From NCBI GenBank assembly GCA_943704425.1, contig CALSCP010000245.1, positions 50,396 through 91,922 on the forward strand: 41,527 nucleotides of DNA, read 5' to 3'. The position numbers and the translations under genes were made by a program. Of this stretch, positions 24,144-41,477 are shown piece after piece. The notes beneath the pieces were generated by a model. That model ran no database searches and was not told the DNA's origin. It worked only from the letters and a program-made list of their open reading frames with translations. This stretch comes from Ministeria vibrans ATCC 50519 (lineage: Eukaryota; Protista; Filasterea). The first letter of the stretch is position 1; each line of letters opens with the position of its first letter.

Positions 24144-25349
24144 TTCGTACAATCATGTCAGTCGCATCACCAGGACCCGCACACTCTTCGCAATAGCCCA
24201 TAGCCTCGTCGTTGCCTGTCCTGACGTCGTCCTTGCGTAATCTCTTTGCGGCGGGCCCCTCAACTTCCTCTTTCACCTTGCTGCTTTTGTTGTGGTTGTC
24301 GGGCTCGGTGTCCATCTCCTCCTCCTTCTTGATCGTGCTGTGTGTGTCGTTGGCAGTGGTGGCGTTTGCGTCAAGGTTGGCCAGGTGCGAATCCCGCTTG
24401 AGCGATAATAATGATGATGATGATGCTGATGATGGTGCTGATGATGATGGTGCCAATGCTGATGCTGATGGTGTTGATGCTAATGGAAACGGTTCGGTTG
24501 TGGCAATGTCGGGCTGGGTGACGGCGGTGGTGATCGGTTGTGACGGAGACGAGTCACCATCACGAAATTTGGCAAAGTAGGCGTCTCCCTTGACTTTGCG
24601 CTCGTACGTCTCGTAGGGCAATAGATAGCGCTCGTAACGGGCGCGAATTTTCAAGTAATCGGAGCGAGCGACTAGACACGAATGGTGTGTGAGAATCAAA
24701 AGGGGAACGAACACACAAGACAAAAGAGGGAAAATGTGAAATATGGAACGAGAAAACGTATCGTTCAGACCCAGCCAGACACGGGTGAGAGCAATAAGAA
24801 CAGATTAAGAAAAGAGGTGGGCGGTGAGGGGGCTTGCTGTACCGTCTGCGTTGAAGCCAAGGTGCCTCATGACAGAGGCCCATTCGCGCTGTCTGGTCAC
24901 ACTGTTGAAACCGCCGAGTTGGCGGACGCGCGAGTAGAGGGCGTACAAGTCGATGACTTGACCCAAGAGAGTCGGTGCGTAGCGAAAGGGACGGCCGTGC
25001 AGCGCACAGATCTTTTGAACGGCCGCGACGAAATCGAGACGGACGCGCGACTGCCCTTCGAGCTCAGCGAGATGCTGAATGCGCGTCTGGAAACGGAACT
25101 TGTCCCAGCTAATGCAAAAGGGCGGGTTCCACGACTTGGGCGGTACAATCTTGCAAATGCCCGCCACCTGAGCGCGCTCTCTGGGACAAGGGAGAGGTCA
25201 AAAAAAAAAAAAAATCGAGTTGACTTGTGAGTTTATCATAAGACGAGAACGACTTACCTAATTGAGTCGATGTAGCTCAGTGGATTGGCAAATTCTTCTT
25301 CGGTTGGAAAGAAGACGGGTGCTTCGGGGGGTCGTACAAACGTCGACAT
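21357..25349 (-). CDS. KDM5: Lysine-specific histone H3K4 demethylase KDM5/JARID1 (JmjN, ARID, PHD, JmjC, C5HC2 zinc finger, degenerate PLU-1)
   Basis: JmjN EAPVFFPTEEEFANPLSYI...GICKIVPP; ARID IDLYALYSRVRQLGGF..VT..REW...LKIRARYERYL; PHD ...FHLRCLHPPLGRMPRAEWCCSAC; VEYGADL; JmjC [25 protein letters not shown]...QHAGEFIVTFPRAYHAGFN with Fe ligands intact; C5HC2 RQCNLCHTTYFLSALHCAC...CMRH. Exact 3' end uncertain. Confidence 0.95.
24065..24140 (+). repeat. (CA)n microsatellite in KDM5 intron
   Basis: Perfect CA run. Confidence 0.95.
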
Positions 25350-25607
25350 GAGAAAAGGAACTATATAAAACTAAGAAAGTGTGTGAAGTGTGATTGTTCT
25401 GTGAGTACACTCTTTCTCAGTCATGTAAATGTTAAGTCGTTAACGAAAACCAGCCAACAAAGAACACCATTGCCCCGTGGGCCGTGGGCTTTGAAGAAAG
25501 TGGAGATGAGCATGTGATGAGCATATAGTTTTATTCAACCCACATTCAACCCTTTAGTCTTTACTCTTTAGTCAAACCATTTTATTATTTTTCTTTTGCC
25601 TCTGTCG
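25350..25607. promoter_or_regulatory. Putative bidirectional promoter between KDM5 and FGD, with clustered short direct repeats
   Basis: 258-bp divergent intergenic region containing ccgtggg x2, gatgagcat x2, attcaaccc x2 and ctttagtc x2. Confidence 0.5.
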
Positions 25608-33456
<7,849 letters not shown>

Positions 33457-33571
33457 TTGTACAGTGTGAGTGAGAGTGCCCAATAAGAGGGATTAGAAAG
33501 ATCCGTGATTATAATACAGGTTATATAGTATATTTTTACATTTGCACACACACACACACACAAACTAAGCC

Positions 33572-33880
33572 TTAGGCAGTTTCGTCAATGGTCCGTTTCC
33601 GGCGGTGCGATACCAACTGCGAAGCATGCATGCGGTCAGAACGGCGACTTTTCCACACGTTGAACTCGAGAACGGCCAAATTTCCCGCATGAAACACTAA
33701 AATGGTATCGATTACTGAGATGACGAGCGACCGAAATCTGTTTTGTAGTACGTCGTTTTTCTAATGAATCCAGAATGCGCGTCAACTCGTTAATATCTTT
33801 GGTCTGGGAGTTTTGAGACAAGTCCATAATGCTTCGGTAGCGTTGAACAAATGCCTAAGGGACAACGAATGAACGAATGC

Positions 33881-33923
<43 letters not shown>

Positions 33924-34634
33924 TCTCCGATGAACAAAGTAAAAACTGACCTCTATGAGAGTTTTGACAATATCACTGCGTGCGCTGCCTTCCTGCTTCA
34001 TGATTGACGCGCAAGCAAGACCAAACTGATAGTAGTAAAAAGACCATTCGGCAAGATTGACCACCTGTGAGGAGCATTTGCACTGCACTGTCAACACACA
34101 ACTGGTGTGACTCATGTCTATCGTACGTTTGCGTCCGCTTTGAGAGATGCTCGGTAGCTCGACGTGTAGCACTTGGGCACTTCAACAAAGACAAAGTTGC
34201 TAATGAGAAGGTCAAGGCAAACAGACAAAAAAAAAATTCATTCAACGGTTTGTTTTCGGCGCCACTTCTTGAAATGGACGACAAGAGCCAGAAGTCGCAT
34301 GCGACGCCGGCTGAGTCGACGTACCTTTGGGCAATGGTCTCAATCATCCAGTAGGGCAGTTCGATTTTCGTGTCGGCGTCAATCTGACGAAGAGAGAAAG
34401 GTTGAGACGACTCTTTTTTTTTATTCGAGTTAGAGTTTTGAATTTTACGTCGTTTCCTTCCGAACTTGGGTTCAAGTGCCCAATGCCTTTCCCTCTGATA
34501 TTGAATACAACTGGTACAAGCTAAGGAGACGGGAAAACACAACGAGAGAGTGAGACGGAAGCATAAAGGAAAAAGTGAACAAGCAGCACCTCTTGCGACA
34601 TGAGAAGGTCATCGAGGCGGTAGTAGTTGGACAT
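33572..34634 (-). CDS. GINS3: DNA replication complex GINS subunit Psf3 (7 exons)
   Basis: Spliced: MSNYYRLDDLLMSQE|LVPVVFNIRGKGIGHLNPSSEGND|IDADTKIELPYWMIETIAQ|..VEVPKCY...LKADAN|VVNLAEWSFYYYQFG...|AFVQRYRSIMDLSQN...LDSLEKR|LFHAGNLAVLEFNVWK...ASQLVSHRRKR. Matches Psf3 throughout. Confidence 0.93.
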
Positions 34635-34823
34635 GGGCAAGTCGCAAGAGGGGAAATGGCCGAAATCGCAAATACAAAGGAAACTCAAAGAAAGTTGTGA
34701 CTTATGATCGAATCAATCGAATCATCAGTGTGCCATCAGTTCACCACTCGAACACACTTCGCTGTTGTGTTTCATTGTATTCTCTCTTTCTGAGTCTCAT
34801 CTGTCAATACTCTGTCGAGAATC

Positions 34824-35680
34824 ATGGTGTTCTGTACGCAGTGTGGAGCGGAAGGTTTGAAGAAAGCCATAAAAAGCCCTTTTCCCGTTCTCTCTCTTCG
34901 CTCTTGAGATCAAATATCCCCCCCCCCCCCCCCCCATCTCGCTCAACCTTTACAACCCGCGTGGCGTGTGTGTGTAGGAACGGGCAATTTCTGCGCGACG
35001 TGCGGGCACAGCCTGAAGGCGCCCAAGTCCAGCCGCGGCGCCGCCCCGCCTCGCCCGTCTGGCCGTGGTCCTGCTCCAAAACCGCCGGGGGCACCTGCGC
35101 CATCGACAGTTACTCATGATCCAAGTAGCGCCAGTGCCAGTGGGGTCACCAGTAAGCTGTTTTTGCGACGAGAGCGTCGGTTTTTTTTTTTTTTTTTTAT
35201 GGCACTGCAACTCTCGTTGAAAACACGTCTGTAGTTGCAAAAGACGACAGCTTCATGGAGCCTACGACGGCCGAGCAGTATGTGATTTTTGAAGGGACGA
35301 CATGGCCGTGTGGTCCGATCTCGTGGGCGTGCCACTCGTCGACGTACTGGCGGATTACGTACGGCGCATCAGCGGCAGCACAAAGCGCCCTCTTGACACT
35401 TCGCCTTTATTCCTATTTTCACAGGAACAAGCGCATTGACTACACGCATGGTTGCTGTGGCAACAACATGGACACGATTGATTTGCGTCGCGTGCGCGAC
35501 ATTGCGTGGGAGCGGTCCATGTTTCAGCTGTGCTGCCTACGCGGCACCCTTGTCATCTACGAGAATGGCTCGCAAGACCGACCCATTCGCCTGAGCACCT
35601 TCAATACCAAAGTCATTTTTCGTCGTCTGCGCGAAGCATGGTCTAAGGCACGCGTTGCCACGGCCATTGAGGCCTCTTAA
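34824..35680 (+). CDS. Zinc-ribbon plus bacterial-type PH (bPH_2/YdbS-like) domain protein
   Basis: Spliced MVFCTQCGAE|GTGNFCATCGHSL (CxxC..CxxC ribbon), a Pro-rich linker, then YWRIT|NKRIDYTHGCCGNNMDTIDLRRVRDIAWERSMFQLCCLRGTLVIY, fitting the bPH_2 pattern Y.lT..R....G......i.l.ri.dv....s..q....Gt..i. Confidence 0.75.
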
Positions 35681-35766
35681 AGCTAGAAAATGGGAGGGAG
35701 AGAGAGAGAGAGTGAGAGAATAAGTAATGAATTTTGAAGTGTATTTTATTTTAATCCGATTTTCTG

Positions 35767-37350
35767 CTATACAAGGGAGGTCTTGCGGCGGAGCAGGCGA
35801 CGGGAATCGCCGGTACAAGAGCGCTGGTGGATTTCGACGCGGGAGGCATCGCTAAAGCCTCGTCCACATCGGTCGCAGGGGACACGGTTGCCAAGGAAGG
35901 CAGCGAAGGCGGTGTCGTTGGCGCTGGCAAGCGAGGACGACGACGACGACGATGGACCTGTAGTTGTTGTGGAGTGGGGGTGGGTAGGGGCGGGCGGAGG
36001 GGCGCGGTTGTGCTCACGTGTGTACTTGGCCTGACACTGTGGAATGTGCAATGGTAGCGATGCAGAGCCATAGGGACGACCGCAGAGGTAGCACAGATGG
36101 CCAATGGCCGAGGAAGAAGGGGAACTTGTCTGAGGTCTTTTCGTAATGGGCGTCTTGGCAATGGTCGGGAGGGATGGTGTTGCATTGGGTGCAATGTGTG
36201 GACGAGTGAGTGTCTTATCCTGCCCTTGGGCCGAGGGAAGCGTTGCGGTGCTGGGCCGATCAGGAGTAGTATTAGTAGTAGTAGTAGTAGTAGTACTTGT
36301 AGTAGTAGTAGTAGTAGTAGCCGCGGTGGGCTTTGGGCCTTTGCAGCTGCGCTGGTGGACGGAAAGGCGTTCGGCAGAGGCAAAGCCGCGGGAGCAAAGC
36401 GGACAGGGGATGCGATTGGCCATGTACTGCGCAAACGCAGTGTCGTTGAGCTCGTGTTGTGTCTGTCCTCCGGCTGTGCTGGCACCAATGGGTCGCTCCG
36501 ACATCAAGCCGCGCGTCGGTTGGTCGTCAGTGGTGAGTCCAGGGACTTCGGGAAATGTGCGTCGCATTTCCGCGGGCAAATGTTCTTGTTCGCGTGCCCA
36601 TTTTTGGCGACAGTGAGGCAAATGGAGACGTAGCGAGGTCGTGCCATAGTTGCGACAACATCCGGGACAGAGCAGGCCCGCCGGACCGGAAGCAAAGCGT
36701 CGTTGGCGTGGGGATGTCGACCGCGGACGTACGGGTGGCGGCGTCTCGGTCGCGGGTGAGGTCTGTGCCAGTGGCTCGAGTGTCACGGCCCTCCCTCGAG
36801 AAGTACACGTAGAGCTAGTAGTGAGTGCATCAGCTGTTTTTGGACGGTTCATTGTGCTTGCGCTCCGTTTTGCCGAGAGACGTGGAGCAAGTTTGGCGGG
36901 ATTCGATGCTAGAAGAATTAATAAGAATAATAAAATTATTAACTTATTGTGAGTGTCATTGACAAATATGACAACTGCAGTTGGCTTGGTTGAGTACCGG
37001 TGCAGCTGCGTTGATGAACAGAGAGTCTCTCGGTGGCAAACGTGCGGCCGCAGTGCTCGCACGGTGCAAGTGCTTCGTTGTACGACTCGAAAGCAATATC
37101 GGCAAGCGCCGCGGTTGTCGGCTTCAGACCACGCTCCAAAGCGACTTCTTCTGGAGGACGTGGGAGCGGTCTTCTCTGGTGTTTTGGCAGACGAAGCTGC
37201 TCGCTAAAAGGCACATCACGTCCGTGAAAATCGTCACCATAGCAACGAATCGAAGTACATTTCAAATTTGCGCACACACTGCTTCAAATGTATATCAATA
37301 GATGCCTTGGAATAGTTGCGTCCACACACATGGCATATTACGATGCCTTT
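35767..37350 (-). CDS. ZNF474-like protein with three pairs of C2HC/C3H-type zinc fingers; 5' end at assembly gap
   Basis: Fingers CHVCGRNYSKASIDIHLKQC, PCEHCGRTFATERLSVHQRSC, CPGCCRNYGTTSLRLHLPHC, PCPLCSRGFASAERLSVHQRSC, CYLCGRPYGSASLPLHIPQC and PCDRCGRGFSDASRVEIHQRSC; two phase-consistent introns. A possible start ATG-GGG lies just across the 10-N gap (about 37371). Confidence 0.9.
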
Positions 37351-37651
37351 NNNNNNNNNNCCCCCCCCCATGCACTGTGAGGATCATTACTCCGTACTAC
37401 TCCAGTACTACTTCGTACGGAGGTACGGAGGTACGAAGTACACTGCCAGGGCGTCCGTTCTGGAACCCGACCACGGCCGAGCTCTACCTGCCGCCTCCGC
37501 TACCTAACTTGCACGAATACTGTCCCTCATCTCACCTTCTTGCGTAGTGACTGTATAATAATAAATGCGTTGTATTCTTCTTCTTCTTCCAATTACAAAT
37601 GCAAGATGTAATCTGTTCTATCGTATATGGCTCAAGCCAGAAGTGCTCGAA

Positions 37652-38353
37652 TTACACGCGGGTACTCGGAGGGCTCTCGCGTGCAGCGTCCACTGTGACC
37701 GGGAGAAAACTCGAGACCTTGGTTCCAATCTTTTTGTTCCACTTTTTTAGTAACTCTTCAAAAGAGTTCTTAACAAACTCGTCGAGGGTGCGAGGGAAGC
37801 TGAGGTTTTTCAAGGTCAAATCCGTTTTTGTTTCTTGCTGACAAGTGTCCTCCAAAGATCCGATGTCAGTGCTCCCGTCAACAAGTTTCCAATAAAGCGT
37901 TTCTTGCAATACCAGGGTCTGGTAGTATACGAGAAAATCAGAAAATATATCAGGAAACTTTTCGGTATTAGCCAGGTAACTGTGCTTCAGGATAACGTCA
38001 GATATTTGCTTAAGCAGGGGCATATTCGACTGCTTCATCCAATTAATATACGCACGTGTAACATAGGGCTCTTGAGGCGTTGCCGAGGTTTTCCAAGAGG
38101 GATATTTAGTCACGAACACAGCATATGCATCTCCGGAAGCCTTGAGGAGAACATATAATGGTCCATACAAGCACTTCAATTGACGCTCGATGTGGTCCAG
38201 TCGACTTTGTTCCTTACTTGCCTTCCGAGATAACTCATGCGGAATACAATAACTACAAGAGCCAATGAAGGCGGCAACAACAGCCGCGACGAACAAACTC
38301 CAATTGAACGATGCATCTTGCTGCGTTAAAACAATGTGACAGGTTGCATTCAT
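37652..38353 (-). CDS. Hypothetical single-TM alpha-helical protein resembling a bacterial uncharacterised family; divergent partner of the CD-NTase
   Basis: Intronless 233-aa ORF from ATG 38353 (open frame extends to 38512). TM FNWSLFVAAVVAAFIGSCSYCI, then RLDHIERQLKCLYGPLYVLL...W...NMPLLKQISDVILKHSYL...FPDIF..F..YY...W...SFP..L...V...FEEL. I recall this pattern from bacterial and algal hypothetical proteins; not verified by search. Confidence 0.7.
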   Translation of the reverse strand: MNATCHIVLTQQDASFNWSLFVAAVVAAFIGSCSYCIPHELSRKASKEQSRLDHIERQLKCLYGPLYVLLKASGDAYAVFVTKYPSWKTSATPQEPYVTRAYINWMKQSNMPLLKQISDVILKHSYLANTEKFPDIFSDFLVYYQTLVLQETLYWKLVDGSTDIGSLEDTCQQETKTDLTLKNLSFPRTLDEFVKNSFEELLKKWNKKIGTKVSSFLPVTVDAARESPPSTRV

Positions 38354-39375
38354 TGAATCCAGCGTGATTGACCTAAATTCAACATTGAAGTGGTGCAGGC
38401 ACCAATGTGAGAGAGTTGGCAATGTAATACCAGGCGTAGTTGCCTGGATTTCTGGCTGGACACAAACAAAGAAACGACAAAACGACTGACCCAAAAAAAA
38501 CGACTGACCCAAAAAAAAAGGAAAAAGAACTGCAACATAGAAAAAACGGCAAATCGATGTGCTCTCAATATCTCAAACGCCCAAACCGTTACAGCAGACC
38601 TCAAATTGATAAAAATGAGGGGAAATTGTCGCGGTGGATCGGTTGTCTTGTGGTAATCGGAAAGCGCCTCAATGCAGAAACACCATCTCTTCACACAGTT
38701 GTATCTGTATCCATGTACGTAGTACTTACGGGATATTTAGTCGGTCTCAACTATGCACGATTCTGGCCTTATACTTACTAAAAAGATTGCTTTGGAGTTT
38801 GGCCTTTGAGACTTGAGTTTTGACTTTTGACTTTTGAGTTTTGACCGCCTTCAGCGGCGATAATCGTATACTGTGTAATGGGCTTTTTTTAAAGAATCCC
38901 TTCAGCAAACGCAGCATTTTGCCGATATTACTCTCTGGTAACGAAAGGCGTTTGAAAAGACACGTTCTCGAGACGTCGGAGACGATATGAGACGTCAAAA
39001 GGTTGTAAACCTGAAGAAGTAACCTCAAGATTTTCAAGCTCCGTACTCAAGAGCGCGAGTGTAGTGACTGTAGTCACTACCACTCACTGTAGTGGAGACA
39101 CATGACCCCGATCACCCCATGTTCTATATAACGTCTATTAGCAGTCTTTGAACAGTCTTTACAACCTTTGCTAGCCACGACTAAAGCAAGCGTTTGAAAG
39201 GGCTAAGCGCCACCCTTAATAGTATGTCCCTTATACTACAGCTTACAGTACTGAACATTACCTTACGTATTCAACTCAACGTAAGGTGTTACGTAAATGT
39301 TTCCTTACTACTTCTCACAAACAGTCAAAATACGAGGAGTAATCAAATTTCAGTATTTCCACGCTTCTCTGTACC

Positions 39376-40351
39376 ATGTTGACTCCCAGTCAGCGGTTTT
39401 GCAGACTTCAAGAGAGAATTGAGCCTCAAGGTGAGCAAGACTGCGATCTTACGGCAACAGAATCGAAAAAACCCCTTTCATTTAACACCCAGATGATAAA
39501 TGAGTGTCAGCCAATCAACCTAAGTCCACTCTTTCCTTGTATGTACTGCCTCAGAGGGAAGAGCAGCTCACTTTCATGCACGTGTGCGTGAGATTTTGCT
39601 GAAATTTGATTTTGTTGAAGGTACGAGCCTCGTCGGCTCGTATGCGCGAAATACAGCTATTGCGGCCACTAGTGATATCGATATCCTTGTCTATGTCAAG
39701 GGCGATGCTCTTGGATACTCTTCGCATCGTTCAGTTGATCGCCTACGACGCAACTTACGAGAAATTGGAGGTGTCAACTGTGTTGGCAAATTGAAACAAT
39801 CCGTTTGCATCGCTTTCAACGAAGCAGATGTCACCATTGACCTCATCCCAGCTGTGGAGTGTGGGGACGGCATTGCGATTCCGGATAGCGATGAGATGGG
39901 GTGGATTTACTCCAACCCGAGAGCAGCGACGGAAAAAATTCAACAGGCCACCAAACAACTCGACAGCAGTGCCCACCTGCGCAAGCTCATCAAACTCCTG
40001 AAGCACTGGAACCACCTTCACGAAGAAGACAATTCAAAGCCTCTGAAGAGCTTTCACCTCGAGCTGATGTGCTACGACTTCAAGTCTTTTGCAGAAGACG
40101 ATCGAAGATGCTTTGCAGAACTCCTGCGCCACGTGAGCTGTGCCGTAAAATGCCACATTGACGCACCGGGAGTGCCAGGCGAAGACGTTAGCTCATATCT
40201 CGACGAGCCGAACTGCAAGCTTCGTCGTGACCGAGTTGCAGAGCTTCTGGAACAGGCTGTGCAAGATAGCGAGGCAGCCGTTGAGGCCGAGGAGCGTGGA
40301 GATTACGCCGCCGCTCATCGCCGCTGGACACGTGTTTTTATTGACTATTGA
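39376..40351 (+). CDS. SMODS/CD-NTase (cGAS/DncV-like) cyclic oligonucleotide synthase of bacterial CBASS type, 283 aa, 2 exons
   Basis: Exon 39376-39430, GTGAG...CTCAG intron 39431-39554 and exon 39555-40351 give MLTPSQRFCRLQERIEPQEGRAAHFHARVREIL. Pol-beta NTase motifs GSYARNTAI..SDIDIL and third acidic residue in IDLIPA. CD-NTase motifs IPD...W..SNP, LIKLLKHWN, KPLKSFHLELM, DAPG and A...W..VF at the C-terminus. Confidence 0.9.
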
Positions 40352-41471
40352 CAGTTTTCCAGCTCATTAGTCTAGAGAAAAACGGACTCACTCACACACG
40401 CATTCTCCCTCTCTGCTGCTCATCCACTTTCAAACTCTCTTGCTCCGTCTCCCTCACCCACTCCATTGGAGTCTGACTCTCGCGCTTACTCTCTTGTTCG
40501 TGCTGCAACGAGGGCTATTCTATCTGATCGAGCGAGGCAGACAATGGCCGACCGTAGGGAGAGGGGTGGCTTATCTGTCACGCCACCCGCAGCCACAAAA
40601 TGACCATTATTCTGTGCTCTCCCTAGCCCTTCTCTGCCTCTGCTTCTGTCTCGCCTGGCTATTCTCCCCAACTACAACCTCCCTCCTTCTCTCGCTCATT
40701 CTTTAGCCTCTCTCGCTCTCGCATGCCTCATTTTCTTTGAAGCGTACTCGATCAATTCCGCCTCTATAATCTCCCAAGAAGTGTCACCATCGTTGTCTCG
40801 TCGTGAATGACACTTCCTCGCCACCTCCACCCTCTGCTCCTTCTTCACCCTCCAAGCGCCGTCGACTCATCATGTCCGCCTCACCCAGCCAGGCGAGCCA
40901 TCCCTCTCTGGTCCACCCAGCCAGTTCTCTCTGCCTCGCCTGGCGTTGGCCCCTTTGACCAGCTCTCGCTTTTATTGTTTGGAAGTCCAGGGTAGTAGTT
41001 TCATTGTACAAGACAATCAATCTAACGACCCGATGCGGCTGCTCCGCCTTTCGCTCTCTTACCCTGCTCCTCAAATAAAACATTTTCTCTGTGACGCAAC
41101 GCATTTTTAAATCATTCAAAGCACGCGTCGACACGGTCCATCCAGTGTGGTTCTGATGCAGGCGGTGACATGCTTCTTCCATGCTTTTTTGATATGCGTT
41201 GCAACTACCTCGAGACGGTCGCGAACACTATCTCCCAGCACCGTCAGCGTCCCCCATGCTTTACGTGAATAACGTGATGGTCATCCTGGTCATTCTTGAG
41301 GCATACAGTCGCTGCATGAACCACGAGCATGTGCTCGACGATGATCAGGCGCTCTTTGACACAGAGCCAGAGTACCTGCCCTCTGATGAGCTCGTCAACT
41401 CACCGAAAACTCACCCCCACAGGAAACCTCTTCAAAACCCCCACTCTTCTCTGTCTCCCCCTCGCCCACTC

Positions 41472-41477
<6 letters not shown>

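Noticed and set aside
39376-40351. Interpreting the nucleotidyltransferase as bacterial contamination, or as metazoan OAS/cGAS
   Set aside because: An in-frame GT-AG intron and host-type CT microsatellites nearby indicate eukaryotic DNA. The motif set (IPD..W..SNP, KSFHLE, short stand-alone length) fits bacterial SMODS better than OAS or Mab21, pending a search.
40440-40706. 88-aa ORF with two hydrophobic stretches just downstream of the CD-NTase, tempting as a 2TM CBASS effector
   Set aside because: TTG start, and the Leu/Ser/Pro richness is explained by CT-rich low-complexity 3' flanking sequence; no recognisable SLATT or Cap15 motifs.
40784-41182. Minus-strand 132-aa ORF considered as a transposase or effector
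   Set aside because: No DDE or other motifs, and its C-terminal half derives from low-complexity sequence.
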